NCBI GenBank assembly: GCA_964291315.2
Contig: OZ219753.1
Span: 1,504,001 to 1,568,000, forward strand
DNA length: 64,000 nucleotides
Direction: 5' to 3'
From: Candidatus Poribacteria bacterium
GTDB taxonomy: Bacteria; Poribacteria; WGA-4E; WGA-3G
Positions 20,158-30,919 of this stretch are shown here, piece after piece. Below the pieces are notes generated by a model, which worked only from the letters and a program-made list of their open reading frames with translations, was not told the DNA's origin and made no database searches. Position 1 is the first letter of the stretch. Every line of letters begins with the position of its first letter. The position numbers and the translations under genes were made by a program.

Positions 20158-21642
20158 TTATAGGAATACAAGCGTCACAATCACAAAAAGCGGGACTAAA
20201 ATTCCGGTCGACCAGATCATATATCCGAAGAAACTCGGCATGCGGATGCCGCTCTGCTCTGCAATCGCTTTTACCATGAAATTTGGCGCATTGCCGATAT
20301 AGGTATTCGCGCCCATAAAAACAGCACCTACAGAAATTGCTGTTAGCAATCTAACGAACTCTAAATGCTCAGGGGCTGTCAGCTGTCCGGATAAGATTTC
20401 TGGTACCAGGGCTTCAGTGAGATACAGTTTCCCAAGTGCTGTGTTAAAGAACGTCAAATAGGTGGGGGCGTTGTCCAAGAAGCTCGACAAAACGCCGGTC
20501 ACCCAAAAGTAGTGTATCGGTTCTTTAATAGCTGCAATCAACCAACTTAAGACCCCCTCTTCGCCGGCTTTTAAGATCGCTAATGCTGGAATAATTGTGA
20601 TAAAAATACCAGCAAACACCTTTGCCACCTCTTCAATTGGTTCCCACGAAAATTCGTTTGCTTGGCGCAATTTACCGCTAAACGGGGTAAATTTGAGGGA
20701 CAAGAGTCCCATGCAGACGATCAACACATCGCGGGCAATATTTTGCCAATATACATGCACACCGAGGATGTTGACATCACCCAACTTCAGCGTTCCGCTC
20801 ATCAAAACCGCCGCCACGATACCGAGCAGGAAAATTAGGTTGAAGAGTCCGTCTACCCGAAGCGGTTCGCTAGTGCCATCATCCGGCACTACGCCGCCTT
20901 CCCGTTTAAACATGATCGTGTCTACCACAAAAAATAGCGCAATTAAAATGATGCTAATAAATAGCATGTGTGGGAAGAGAGCCGTTGTCGTCCAGAAGAA
21001 AGGTACGCCATGCAGGAATCCCAAAAATAGCGGGGGGTCGCCCAACGGTGTTAAAGAACCTCCGATGTTGCTAACTAAAAAAATGAAAAACACAATCAGG
21101 TGGACTTTGCTTTTTCTATACGCATTTGCTCGAATTAGTGGGCGGATGAGGAGCATAGAGGCCCCAGTCGTTCCAACCCACGAGGCGATAGCCGTACCGA
21201 TCAGCAATAGAAATGTGTTAACGATCGGAGTGCCGCGCAAGGTGCCACGTACAAGAATTCCGCCCGCAACTGTGAACAATCCCCACAACAGAATGATGAA
21301 CGGAATGTAGTCTATTAAGTAGATGTGCAGGATATCGTAGAAAGCATCCCCACGGAAAGCAATGAGATACGGGATCGCGAAAATTAGCGCCCATACCAAC
21401 GACATCTTGCCACCGTGATGAATAAGAAAGTGGGAATCTAACACAAGCGGTAAGATCGCAATTGAGAGTAAGATCCCGACAAAAGGAATAATGCTCCAGA
21501 GAGGCAATTTCGAACCGTCTACCCCTCCGTGGTGTGCCCCGTCACCGTGAGCATCATCTGCACCGAACGCCTCTATTGAAACCGATAGCGCGAGTCCGAC
21601 AATTATACAAAAAATAAAACAGTATGTGAGTTTAAGTTTCAC
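20158..21642 (-). CDS. Ion-transporter (IT) superfamily protein, putative Na+/H+ antiporter or citrate-transporter-like
   Basis: Multi-TM; GTTGASMLLIRP, SNIGGSLTPLGDPPL, LSSFLDNAPTY, YIGNAPNFMVK; GTG start directly after nuoM stop. Confidence 0.8.
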   Translation of the reverse strand: MKLKLTYCFIFCIIVGLALSVSIEAFGADDAHGDGAHHGGVDGSKLPLWSIIPFVGILLSIAILPLVLDSHFLIHHGGKMSLVWALIFAIPYLIAFRGDAFYDILHIYLIDYIPFIILLWGLFTVAGGILVRGTLRGTPIVNTFLLLIGTAIASWVGTTGASMLLIRPLIRANAYRKSKVHLIVFFIFLVSNIGGSLTPLGDPPLFLGFLHGVPFFWTTTALFPHMLFISIILIALFFVVDTIMFKREGGVVPDDGTSEPLRVDGLFNLIFLLGIVAAVLMSGTLKLGDVNILGVHVYWQNIARDVLIVCMGLLSLKFTPFSGKLRQANEFSWEPIEEVAKVFAGIFITIIPALAILKAGEEGVLSWLIAAIKEPIHYFWVTGVLSSFLDNAPTYLTFFNTALGKLYLTEALVPEILSGQLTAPEHLEFVRLLTAISVGAVFMGANTYIGNAPNFMVKAIAEQSGIRMPSFFGYMIWSTGILVPLFVIVTLVFL

Positions 21643-23208
21643 TTATTTCGTTTGTACCTCCTTTTCTATTTTTTCATGTTGTGTGGGCTGCGGTCCTTGT
21701 AATGCAAGCTGACTGTTTGATGGTTTCGGTTTTTCCAGATGCCCGGTAGCCGGCGCTGTCTGCACCTGTATCACAACAGAGCTTACTGATTTCTCTATCT
21801 TGCTGAGAAAGGGCTTTGGATAAACGCCAATCCAGACGATGAACACCAGGAGAGGCAGCATCACCACGATTTCGCGAGCGTTCAAGTCCGGTAATTTCGC
21901 GTTCGTCTTATCCAACGTTCCGAACATCACCCGTTGGAACATCCACAGCATGTACACGGCTGCTAGAATGACACCGGCAGTTGCGAAAACTACGTGTGTT
22001 TTAGAGAACGCTCCCTCAACGAAACTCCCCAGCAGTATCATATATTCCCCGACGAACCCATTCAACCCCGGGAGACCGATGGACGACAACGTCACAACTG
22101 CAAAAATTACAGCGAACACCGGCATCTGTTTTGACAAGCCGCCGAAGTCGACAATCATTCTGCTGTGCCGCCGTTCGTAAATCATTCCGACCAAGAGGAA
22201 TAACGCTCCTGTGCTGAGTCCGTGGTTAATCATTTGCAGCACGCTACCCTGAATACCGGCCGGGTGTCTCGAAAAGAGTCCCAACACGACAAAACCGAGG
22301 TGGCTGACGCTCGAGTAAGCAACAAGTTTCTTGAGGTCTGGCTGCACCATAGCAACCAACGCGCCATAAATAATACCGATGACCGCAAGTGTAACTATGA
22401 GCGGGGTGAACTTCGCTGCTGCCTCTGGAAAGAGAGGCAAGCAAAATCGGATAATGCCGTAAGTCCCCATTTTTAGCAGCACCCCGGCAAGAATCACGCT
22501 CCCCGCGGTAGGAGCTTCAACGTGTGCATCTGGCAGCCATGTGTGGAATGGGAAAAGCGGTACTTTAATGGCAAACGCAATAAAAAACGCGAGAAATAAC
22601 AGATCCGAATGCCTAAATGGACCGCTTAACGTCGTCACATCGAAGCTACCGTTGTTCTGAAAGTAGAGTGCTAGGATACCCACAAGCATCAACGCACTGC
22701 CAGCCATCGTATAAAGAATGAACTTTACCGTGGCATAAATCCGTCGTTCCCCGCCCCAAATACCGATAAGGAAGTACATCGGGATCAGCATAGACTCCCA
22801 AAACACAAAAAAGAGGAACAGGTCTAATGCACAAAAAACCCCGAGCATCCCGGTTTCAAGCGCGAGAAGCGACATCATAAATCCGCTCAAGCCTTTATCA
22901 ACGGAATTCCATGCGGCGAGAATACACACCGGTGTCAGGAACGTTGTCAGTAACACCAACCACAGCGAAATACCGTCAATACCGATGTGGTAACTGATAC
23001 CTAAGCTCGGAATCCACACTTGTTGGGTAATGCTTTGGAACTTTGCCGTTGTTGCGTCGAATCCTGTATAGAGCCCTAACGAGATAACGAACGTCAATAT
23101 CCCGATAACAAGCGCGATACCTTTGATAGCAGATGCCCCTAGTCCTCTGAGCAAGGCAATCGCTATCACACCGAGCAGTGGTAAAAAAATGACTATTGAA
23201 AGTAACAA
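21643..23208 (-). CDS. nuoM: NADH-quinone oxidoreductase subunit M
   Basis: GIDGISL, FWE..LIPMY, IKVPLFPFHTWLPDAHVEAPT, LKKLVAYSSVSH; AGGAGG plus TTG start. Confidence 0.95.
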   Translation of the reverse strand: MLLSIVIFLPLLGVIAIALLRGLGASAIKGIALVIGILTFVISLGLYTGFDATTAKFQSITQQVWIPSLGISYHIGIDGISLWLVLLTTFLTPVCILAAWNSVDKGLSGFMMSLLALETGMLGVFCALDLFLFFVFWESMLIPMYFLIGIWGGERRIYATVKFILYTMAGSALMLVGILALYFQNNGSFDVTTLSGPFRHSDLLFLAFFIAFAIKVPLFPFHTWLPDAHVEAPTAGSVILAGVLLKMGTYGIIRFCLPLFPEAAAKFTPLIVTLAVIGIIYGALVAMVQPDLKKLVAYSSVSHLGFVVLGLFSRHPAGIQGSVLQMINHGLSTGALFLLVGMIYERRHSRMIVDFGGLSKQMPVFAVIFAVVTLSSIGLPGLNGFVGEYMILLGSFVEGAFSKTHVVFATAGVILAAVYMLWMFQRVMFGTLDKTNAKLPDLNAREIVVMLPLLVFIVWIGVYPKPFLSKIEKSVSSVVIQVQTAPATGHLEKPKPSNSQLALQGPQPTQHEKIEKEVQTK

Positions 23209-23356
23209 AAAAACCTCCTTTAGGCTGACTTAATTATCATATCATGGACGGTAGCGAAAGTTAATCAAGGTTTGGAACAATCAAGATTGACAGTAGCTCC
23301 GCGTCAGATAGTGTTCCTCAAAACCGCACTCTGTCGCAATATAGGTGCTGGGTAAT

Positions 23357-25246
23357 TTAACCGAAAAACAGATAGTATGCCAAGAATAGCACAATTCCTA
23401 AAACCATTGAAACAATGTACGCTTGGACGACTCCGGTCTGGAGCCGTCTTAACATTCCAGCGATGATCTGAATAAGTAGAGCCACGCCGTTGATAATTCC
23501 ATCAATAACCCCGTTGTCTACAACCCGCCACAAGAGGTAGTGAGAACCATTTTTGATGGGTTGCACAATCAGCACTGTGTAAATTTCATCGATATAGTAC
23601 TTGTTCACGAGGAGTTTGTGTATCGCGTTCGTAGGTTTCCAGGAGGGGACCCGATTCCGGTAACGCATCCAGGCGAACGCTATGCCCATCAAACCCACGG
23701 CGGATGAGATTAACATAAACACGATCACATTGCCCGAGGCCTCGTGGTGTGCCTCTGGGAAAACGTCCTTCGTAAAATGGTGGAACCAGCTGTCGTGTCC
23801 ACCCCAACCTAATATTAAGCCTATCAGAGCGGACGGGATCGCGAGGATTGCCAACGGTACCCACATCACCGGCGGGGATTCGTGTACATGCGAAGCAGCC
23901 TCGGAGTTAACTCGGGACTCCCCGTAGAACGTCACGAAGATCAAACGGAACATGTAAAACGCTGTCAGGAATGCTGTGACCAACCCAATAATATAGAGGA
24001 GCGGTGAGCTGCCCCATGCACTGTGTAAGATTTCATCTTTGCTCCAGAAGCCGCTTAAAAATGGAAATCCTGCGATAGCGAGCGCACCGATTAAGAACGT
24101 CCAGTGCGTTATCGGCATCTTCGTTTTCAAACCGCCCATCCGCCGCATATCTAGTTCATTTGCCATCGCATGCATCACGCTGCCGGCGGTGAGGAACATG
24201 AGTCCTTTGAAAAATGCATGTGTTACCAAATGAAAAACTCCAGAGGCATAGGCACCTACCCCCACCCCAACGAACATATAGCCCAATTGGCTTACCGTGG
24301 AGTAAGCGAGAATGCGTTTAATGTCGTTTTGTGTCAATGCTATCGTTGCTGCGAAGAAAGCTGTCAAGACACCGATCCATGCCACAATTTCACCAGTATG
24401 TGCCAAGTTGTAAAGCACAGCCGAGCGAGCTATCATATATACGCCTGCTGTTACCATTGTCGCTGCGTGGATGAGGGCACTAACGGGCGTGGGCCCCTCC
24501 ATCGCGTCCGGGAGCCACACATAAAGCGGGATCTGCGCCGATTTACCTATCGCGCCGACGAAGAGCAGCAGAGTCGCCACCACAAGGGTACTGCCGCCGA
24601 AAACTTTCTCAAAGTTATTCGTCTCAGCGGCATCAAATATTGACGAGAAATCGAGGGTGCCGAAAGCCGCAAACAGCGTAAAAATTCCGAGCAAGAAACC
24701 GAAGTCACCAATCCTGTTCACAATAAACGCTTTTTTTCCAGCATCCGTCGCAGACTTCTTCTCATACCAGAACCCAATCAGTAGGTAAGAACACAGCCCA
24801 ACGCCTTCCCAACCGACAAACATCATCAGATAGTTGTTGCCGAGAACAAGGATTAGCATAGCGAACACAAATAGATTGAGATATGCAAAATAGCGAGTAT
24901 ACCCGGCATCGCCGTGCATGTAACCGATCGAGTAGACATGGATCAGGAACCCGACACCTGTGATTACCAACAGCATTACCGTTGTCAGCGCGTCTACTTT
25001 GAAGCCGATGTTAAACGCGAACGACTCGCCGGTAATCCATTCATACACCGTTTCATCAAGCGCGGTAGCGCCGCTCTGGAGACTTGTAAAAGCGATAATT
25101 GAACAGATTAAGGAGATAAGTACCGCTAAGGAGCCGATCCACCCGCTCAGCTTCTCATTCCCTTTGAGCCATTTTCCAAGCAATCCGTTAATCAGAAATC
25201 CAACAAGCGGAGCCAGTAACAGGACAACGATTAATTCAAGTGACAT
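23357..25246 (-). CDS. nuoL: NADH-quinone oxidoreductase subunit L
   Basis: GWEGVGLCSYLLI, NRIGD, GKSAQIPL..WLPDAMEGPTPVSALIHAATMV. Confidence 0.95.
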   Translation of the reverse strand: MSLELIVVLLLAPLVGFLINGLLGKWLKGNEKLSGWIGSLAVLISLICSIIAFTSLQSGATALDETVYEWITGESFAFNIGFKVDALTTVMLLVITGVGFLIHVYSIGYMHGDAGYTRYFAYLNLFVFAMLILVLGNNYLMMFVGWEGVGLCSYLLIGFWYEKKSATDAGKKAFIVNRIGDFGFLLGIFTLFAAFGTLDFSSIFDAAETNNFEKVFGGSTLVVATLLLFVGAIGKSAQIPLYVWLPDAMEGPTPVSALIHAATMVTAGVYMIARSAVLYNLAHTGEIVAWIGVLTAFFAATIALTQNDIKRILAYSTVSQLGYMFVGVGVGAYASGVFHLVTHAFFKGLMFLTAGSVMHAMANELDMRRMGGLKTKMPITHWTFLIGALAIAGFPFLSGFWSKDEILHSAWGSSPLLYIIGLVTAFLTAFYMFRLIFVTFYGESRVNSEAASHVHESPPVMWVPLAILAIPSALIGLILGWGGHDSWFHHFTKDVFPEAHHEASGNVIVFMLISSAVGLMGIAFAWMRYRNRVPSWKPTNAIHKLLVNKYYIDEIYTVLIVQPIKNGSHYLLWRVVDNGVIDGIINGVALLIQIIAGMLRRLQTGVVQAYIVSMVLGIVLFLAYYLFFG

Positions 25247-25358
25247 TTTTTATCCTTGTTCATAAGAGTATTAGATTATACTGCTTTGAGTATCCCAACT
25301 GTGTTAAAGATGTGAAAACCTGTCGGTGATTCTCTGGGCAGCGGTTCAAACCCGTTCT

Positions 25359-25658
25359 TCAACCTTTCAACGAATTAACTTCATCCACGTTAATCGTTTC
25401 ACGATGTTTGAAAACACTAACAATAATTGCGAGTCCAATTGCCACTTCTGCCGCAGCAACCGTCATCACAAAAAAGACAAATACTTGTCCAGTTGCCTCG
25501 CCAAGGCTACGGCTGATTGCAACAAAAGCAAGATTCGCTGCGTTCAACATCAGTTCAATACACATAAAGATGATAATCGCGTTCCTCCGGACGAGAACAC
25601 CAATTACACCTATCGTAAACAGAAGCACACTTAAAATGAGATAATATTCTAATTCCAT
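25359..25658 (-). CDS. nuoK: NADH-quinone oxidoreductase subunit K
   Basis: [26 protein letters not shown]. Confidence 0.95.
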   Translation of the reverse strand: MELEYYLILSVLLFTIGVIGVLVRRNAIIIFMCIELMLNAANLAFVAISRSLGEATGQVFVFFVMTVAAAEVAIGLAIIVSVFKHRETINVDEVNSLKG

Positions 25659-25833
25659 GTTTTTCTCTTTTATGTTTATCTGATCGTTGGCTCTGTTGTC
25701 AGCAACGATCTAGAGGGGGTTAAAGACCTCCTCCAAAGTTTGACAGAATTTCTTACTGATTCTGCATAGCAAAGTATGTGATAGATAGCTTACCCAAAAA
25801 CCGGCACACTACGAAGTAAAACATCGATCAAAT

Positions 25834-26355
25834 CTAATCGTTAGCAGAACGTTTTACTAAGACAATAACCCCAATCAATGCCGCCAATAGAATGAACGAA
25901 GTAACCTCGAAGGGTAAGAGATACTTACTGAATAGGAGTTCACCGATATCATAGGTCGTTGTGTTGAGTGATTTTGTTACCGGTTGCGCAGTAGCGATTG
26001 CAGTATTATTGAGAACATTTGTAGCGGTATAGATACCCTCAATGCCGAGGAGGATCCCTAAAATTATGGCGAAGCCCTTCAGTTTTCCACTTATAGCTCC
26101 TTTCACTGAAAGCGTTCCGAGGTTCAAAAGCATAATCACAAAGAGGAACAGCACCATAATAGCGCCGGCATAGACGATCACCTGCACAGCTGCAACGAAG
26201 GGGGCACCTAACAGTAGAAAGAGACCTGCTTGTGCAAAAAAGGTCACAACGAGCGAGAGTGCGCTATAAATCGGATGTCGAAAGGAGATGACAGCAATTG
26301 CCCCAATCAGCGAAACCGCTCCAAAAAAAACAAATAGAATCTGTTCTGCATTCAT
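25834..26355 (-). CDS. nuoJ: NADH-quinone oxidoreductase subunit J
   Basis: QVIVYAGAIMVLFLFVIMLL, YLLPFEV. Confidence 0.95.
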   Translation of the reverse strand: MNAEQILFVFFGAVSLIGAIAVISFRHPIYSALSLVVTFFAQAGLFLLLGAPFVAAVQVIVYAGAIMVLFLFVIMLLNLGTLSVKGAISGKLKGFAIILGILLGIEGIYTATNVLNNTAIATAQPVTKSLNTTTYDIGELLFSKYLLPFEVTSFILLAALIGVIVLVKRSAND

Positions 26356-26366
26356 TCGTACGTCTC

Positions 26367-27551
26367 CTATTCCGTTGGGTCGAGAGCAGCCGGTGTAAGC
26401 CGGTTGTCACTATCTTGTGTTGGTTTTGGCGAATCTATCATCAGTACTCCTGCTATGATAGCTACAACGATGAACCCTGCAACCGCATTGCCAATGCCTA
26501 TTGCGAGCCGAGAATTCGTGATTATCCATAGCACCCCCGTTACAACGATGGAGGTTAGCGAAACGGGCAATAGAAATTTCCAACCGAAGTTCATGAGTTG
26601 ATCATAGCGGAATCGAGGCAGCGTCCAGCGCACCCAGATGAACCCGAATAGGAAAATTGCTGTTTTGACAAAGAAGATACCGAATGAGATAATTCCGCTC
26701 CACACTGGTCCCCCTATATTTTCTAAGCCGAAGAAGTGCCATCCGCCGAGGAAAATCGTCACTGTTACAGCGGAGCCTACAATCATGTTCATATATTCTG
26801 CCATGAAAAACATCGCAAACTTCATGCTACTGTATTCAGTGTGATACCCCGCTACCAGCTCTTGCTCGGCTTCCGCCAGGTCAAACGGCAGTCGGTTTGT
26901 CTCTGCAAACATCGCCGTGGTAAACGCTAAGAACGCCGGGAAGTGAATCAGGAAATTCCAATGCCATGGATATGCCCCTTGTGCTTCCGCGATCTCTCGA
27001 AGGCGAAGTGAACTAGTCAGCATGAGCACCCCGATAATTGCGAGACCGAGCGTCAGCTCGTAACTAATCATTTGTGCGGAGGAACGTAGACCGCCCAAAA
27101 GCGAATATTTGTTATTAGATGCCCAAGCACCGAGTACAACGCCATAGACACCGAGTGACGTTATCGCTAATATATAAAGGATCCCGATATTAATATCGGC
27201 AATGTGAAGCGGGATTTCATGCCCGAAAACTGTGATGGCACTGCCAAAGGGCACAACTGCTATTGTAACCATTGCCGGTATTAACAGCATCGCCGGCGCA
27301 ATCACATAGAGCGGCTTATCCACATGGTCGGGGATGAGATCTTCTTTAAAAAGGAATTTGATCCCGTCAGCGATCGGTTGTAGGAAGCCTTGGAAGCCGA
27401 CTCGATTCGGTCCAAGCCGATCCTGCATCCATCCGCTCACTCTGCGTTCCGACCAAATCATCGCCATCACACCGATAATTAGTAAGTGAGCAATGATGAG
27501 TATTTTGACGATTGAACTGAGAATAAAAACGAGAAGTTGCGAATTTTCCAT
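26367..27551 (-). CDS. nuoH: NADH-quinone oxidoreductase subunit H
   Basis: ERR..QDRLGPNRVG, QPIADGIK, AETNRLPFDL.EAE.ELV.GY.TEYS. Confidence 0.95.
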   Translation of the reverse strand: MENSQLLVFILSSIVKILIIAHLLIIGVMAMIWSERRVSGWMQDRLGPNRVGFQGFLQPIADGIKFLFKEDLIPDHVDKPLYVIAPAMLLIPAMVTIAVVPFGSAITVFGHEIPLHIADINIGILYILAITSLGVYGVVLGAWASNNKYSLLGGLRSSAQMISYELTLGLAIIGVLMLTSSLRLREIAEAQGAYPWHWNFLIHFPAFLAFTTAMFAETNRLPFDLAEAEQELVAGYHTEYSSMKFAMFFMAEYMNMIVGSAVTVTIFLGGWHFFGLENIGGPVWSGIISFGIFFVKTAIFLFGFIWVRWTLPRFRYDQLMNFGWKFLLPVSLTSIVVTGVLWIITNSRLAIGIGNAVAGFIVVAIIAGVLMIDSPKPTQDSDNRLTPAALDPTE

Positions 27552-27593
27552 AGTTTCTCCTTCTTGACGGTTCTCAGAATTAAAGTTACAGAC

Positions 27594-29243
27594 TTAGGTT
27601 AACTTAATTCCCGCGTCCCCAATCTTTTCATGTGTTGCGTCTTCGTAGCCGCTCACGTTTTCTGAAATTGCTAGAGCAATTTCACCGGCAAAGCGATAAA
27701 TCAGGGAACCACCCAGCTGGTTGGCAAGCTGCTGTATAATTTCCCAATCTACGCGTGCTTCCCCTGGCGGATCAACCGCCTTACGAATCCGCTGGACCCA
27801 ACCCGTTGAATTTGTGAAAGTGCCATCTTTCTCAGCGAAAGTGGTCCCGGGTAACACGATGTCTGCTAATTGTGTGACCGCTGACGGTAAAATATCTTGC
27901 ACGATGAGGAAGTCAACGTTCGCTAATGCCGCTTTCTCTAGGTCTTCAAGCGGACGTTCCGGCGCACCGCTGACAAGGTAGACCACTTTTGCACCTGAAA
28001 CCTTTTCCCAAAGCGCATCGCCCTCTAAAACACCGTTGTCGTTTTCAGAACCGAGTATCGTTCGAGCACCCGCCGTGTTCGGGTTCTTATCCGATTCGAT
28101 GCTAAATTGTGGGAATGTGTGCGCTTTGCCCGGCAGCTGCCCAAAGAGTCCTAAGTGAGTCGTTTTGAGTATGTCACGCGCGAGCTGCTGTAAAACGTAA
28201 TTGTCTTCATTCGTGCCTTGTGCGGAACCGATAACCACGATGTCCTCCGCCGCTACTTCCGACAACCTTTCTGTAATGATAGTAAGCGCATCTGCCCAAT
28301 GCGTCGGGGTTAACTCGCCATCAACCCGTTTCAGGGGGAGCTGGAGACGGTCATCGCTGTTAACATAGTGATAGCCGAGGCGCCCGTCGTCACACATCCA
28401 ATACTGGTTAATATCTCCGTGGAAACGCGGCTTCAGTCGGTAAACGCCATCGGTTTTGTATTCTACAGTGATGTTGCACCCGACGCTACATCCTGAACAG
28501 ACGCTATTCACCTTTTCTAAAAACCACGGACGCGACTTGAATAAAAAGTCTTTGCTGATCAATGCACCGACAGGGCAGATGTCGACCACATTTCCCGCAA
28601 GTTTATTATCTAGAACCTGTATTGGAGTGCCGTCATGGCTCCGCGGAATATCAATTTCGTCGTGAGAACCGCGGTGAACCAACCCTAATTCGCCGCTGCC
28701 AGAGACCTCTTGACAAAACCGGATGCACCGGGTGCAGACGATACAGCGTGTGGAGTAGAGCAAAACGTCCGGGCCAAGGTCCTTCTTAGGCGGCACATTT
28801 TTCACCTCCAAGTAGCGGCTCTTATCGCGTCCATGGCGGTGGGAGAAGTCTTGCAAGTCGCACTCGCCTGCTTGATCGCAGACCGGGCAATCGAGCGGAT
28901 GATGGACCAATAGGAATTCTAGGATATCCTCGCGCGCTTTTTTGACACGTGGACTATCCGTGCGGACAATAAAGTCGTATTTTCCATCAAGCTTTCTATC
29001 TGGGGGTGCCGTCCGGACGACCGTTGTGCATCCTGTTGCAAGCTGCCGATCAGGAACGATTGCACCAGCAGGCGGAAAGAAAACATGAGGCTCAACGAGG
29101 CACATTCGGCAATTCGCGGGACGACTCAACCCTGGATGATAACAGTAGTGAGGTACCTCAATGCCGTGTTGCTTCGCCGCCTCAACTATATTCGTTCCAT
29201 CTTCCACCTCTACCTCAAGGTCGTTTAATTTAATAAATGCCAT
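27594..29243 (-). CDS. nuoG: NADH-quinone oxidoreductase subunit G (short, 549 aa)
   Basis: CYHP..CRMCLVE, HPLDCPVCDQAGECDLQ, CIVCTRCIRFC, CSGCSVGC (N7-type), EKDGTFTN. Confidence 0.9.
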   Translation of the reverse strand: MAFIKLNDLEVEVEDGTNIVEAAKQHGIEVPHYCYHPGLSRPANCRMCLVEPHVFFPPAGAIVPDRQLATGCTTVVRTAPPDRKLDGKYDFIVRTDSPRVKKAREDILEFLLVHHPLDCPVCDQAGECDLQDFSHRHGRDKSRYLEVKNVPPKKDLGPDVLLYSTRCIVCTRCIRFCQEVSGSGELGLVHRGSHDEIDIPRSHDGTPIQVLDNKLAGNVVDICPVGALISKDFLFKSRPWFLEKVNSVCSGCSVGCNITVEYKTDGVYRLKPRFHGDINQYWMCDDGRLGYHYVNSDDRLQLPLKRVDGELTPTHWADALTIITERLSEVAAEDIVVIGSAQGTNEDNYVLQQLARDILKTTHLGLFGQLPGKAHTFPQFSIESDKNPNTAGARTILGSENDNGVLEGDALWEKVSGAKVVYLVSGAPERPLEDLEKAALANVDFLIVQDILPSAVTQLADIVLPGTTFAEKDGTFTNSTGWVQRIRKAVDPPGEARVDWEIIQQLANQLGGSLIYRFAGEIALAISENVSGYEDATHEKIGDAGIKLT

Positions 29244-29264
29244 AAATTTTACTCCAATTCTGTT

Positions 29265-30740
29265 CTATAGGTCAGCGAACTCTTTCGGAACGAACCGTTG
29301 TTGATACGCGTAATTTTCTTCCGGGGGAACCGTCGCTTCGTCAACCGATAAAGTAACCAGCCTGCCTTCGCGGATAGCGGCTTCAAACTCGGGACGGAAT
29401 TTGCGCATGTAACTCACAGCGGGCCAGGAAACTGCAATGCCGAAAACACAAATCGTGTTCCAGGTCATCGTATCCACGTTCGCGATGTTATTGGCGACGC
29501 TCTCCAGCAGGTCTAAGTCCTCGTAGATTTCTTCTGTTTTGCCGGTATCGCCCCATCTTCCATTTTCAGCCACCCCGAATTTCGGGCGCGTGATAGTACT
29601 TTTCCGTCCGTCCCCGTCGGCGATCCGTTGAACAATATCGCGCACCCAGGGAGTCCCCCAGCGGCACGGTGTACACTGCCCACACGATTCATGGGCATAG
29701 AACTTCATAATGTTGAGCAAGCAGTCAACGATATTCCGGGTCTCATTCATCACGATAATCCCCCCAGAACCCAGCATAGATTTGGCAAGCGTGAGCGAGG
29801 TAAAATCGAGGCGTGTGTCCAATTCGTAGCGCGTCAAGATCGGAGCGGAGCTGCCCCCGGGAATCACGGCTTTCACCTCTTTGCCTTGTAAACCGCCTGC
29901 AACCTCAATGAGTTCAGCACAAGTCAACCCGAGTTCTAGTTCATAAACGCCGGGGTTGTTAACATCGCCGCTGATGCAGTAAAGTTTCGTTCCCGTGTTC
30001 GGATCCGGAGTCGGCGGGTCGGACCGAGTATCTGCATAGGTTGGTCCCATCTGTGTGTACCAAGCGACACCGTTGCCGACAATAAAAGGCAGATTACACA
30101 ACGTCTCGACGTTTTGAACGACTGTCGGTTTTCCGAAGACCCCTTCAACAGCTGGAAATGGCGGTTTGTTTCGCGGTTGTCCGCGTTTGCCCTCAAGTGA
30201 TTCAATTAACCCAGTCTCTTCGCCACAGATATAAGCACCTGCTCCCGGGTGCGTATAGATGTCAACGTTGAGTCCGGTGCCGCGAATATCTTTTCCGAGG
30301 TATCCTTTTTCGTAAGCTTCCTTGATAGCGGCATCCAACCTTTTCTTTCCGAGGGTAAATTCGCCGCGAATATAGACATAGGTCGTCTCAATGCCCATGG
30401 CGTAGCAACAGATCAAGATACCTTCAATTAACAGATGTGGATTTTTCTCTAAGACGTAGCGGTTGCTGAAGGTCCCTGGCTCGCTTTCATCAGCGTTGCA
30501 GCATAGGTAGCACGGTTTTATATCTCTCGGGACGAAACGCCATTTCAGACCCGTTGAAAACCCTGCCCCTCCTCTCCCTTTCAGCCCTGAATCCATCACC
30601 ATCTTAGCGATATCGTCCGGCTGATATTCTGCAATAGCCTTTTCAAAGCGTGTGTAACCGTCATATTGACGGAAAACATCGAACGTGTTAATATCGGGCA
30701 CATCCAGATGCTCATAGAGAATTCGTCTTTCTTGAACCAT
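29265..30740 (-). CDS. nuoF: NADH-quinone oxidoreductase subunit F
   Basis: GRGGAGF, NADESEPGT, GAYICGEET, ESCGQCTPCR. Confidence 0.95.
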   Translation of the reverse strand: MVQERRILYEHLDVPDINTFDVFRQYDGYTRFEKAIAEYQPDDIAKMVMDSGLKGRGGAGFSTGLKWRFVPRDIKPCYLCCNADESEPGTFSNRYVLEKNPHLLIEGILICCYAMGIETTYVYIRGEFTLGKKRLDAAIKEAYEKGYLGKDIRGTGLNVDIYTHPGAGAYICGEETGLIESLEGKRGQPRNKPPFPAVEGVFGKPTVVQNVETLCNLPFIVGNGVAWYTQMGPTYADTRSDPPTPDPNTGTKLYCISGDVNNPGVYELELGLTCAELIEVAGGLQGKEVKAVIPGGSSAPILTRYELDTRLDFTSLTLAKSMLGSGGIIVMNETRNIVDCLLNIMKFYAHESCGQCTPCRWGTPWVRDIVQRIADGDGRKSTITRPKFGVAENGRWGDTGKTEEIYEDLDLLESVANNIANVDTMTWNTICVFGIAVSWPAVSYMRKFRPEFEAAIREGRLVTLSVDEATVPPEENYAYQQRFVPKEFADL

Positions 30741-30919
30741 ATTTTTTGTTTTTTAATCTGCTTACCGATCCACTTCGTTTTGCCGTGCACTCGCCCGTAA
30801 GCGATCTGCTTCACGGTAGTTTTTCGTTAAGTTCAACCGCTTTAGTGGTATGAACGTACTTAATTCCGATTTCCCAGCCAGGCTTCCTATAGTCTGCTTT
30901 AACCTCAGTATGGCCCGTG

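Noticed and set aside
20597-21310. 237-aa plus-strand ORF and other long antisense ORFs
   Set aside because: Fully antisense to well-supported genes, with no recognisable motifs
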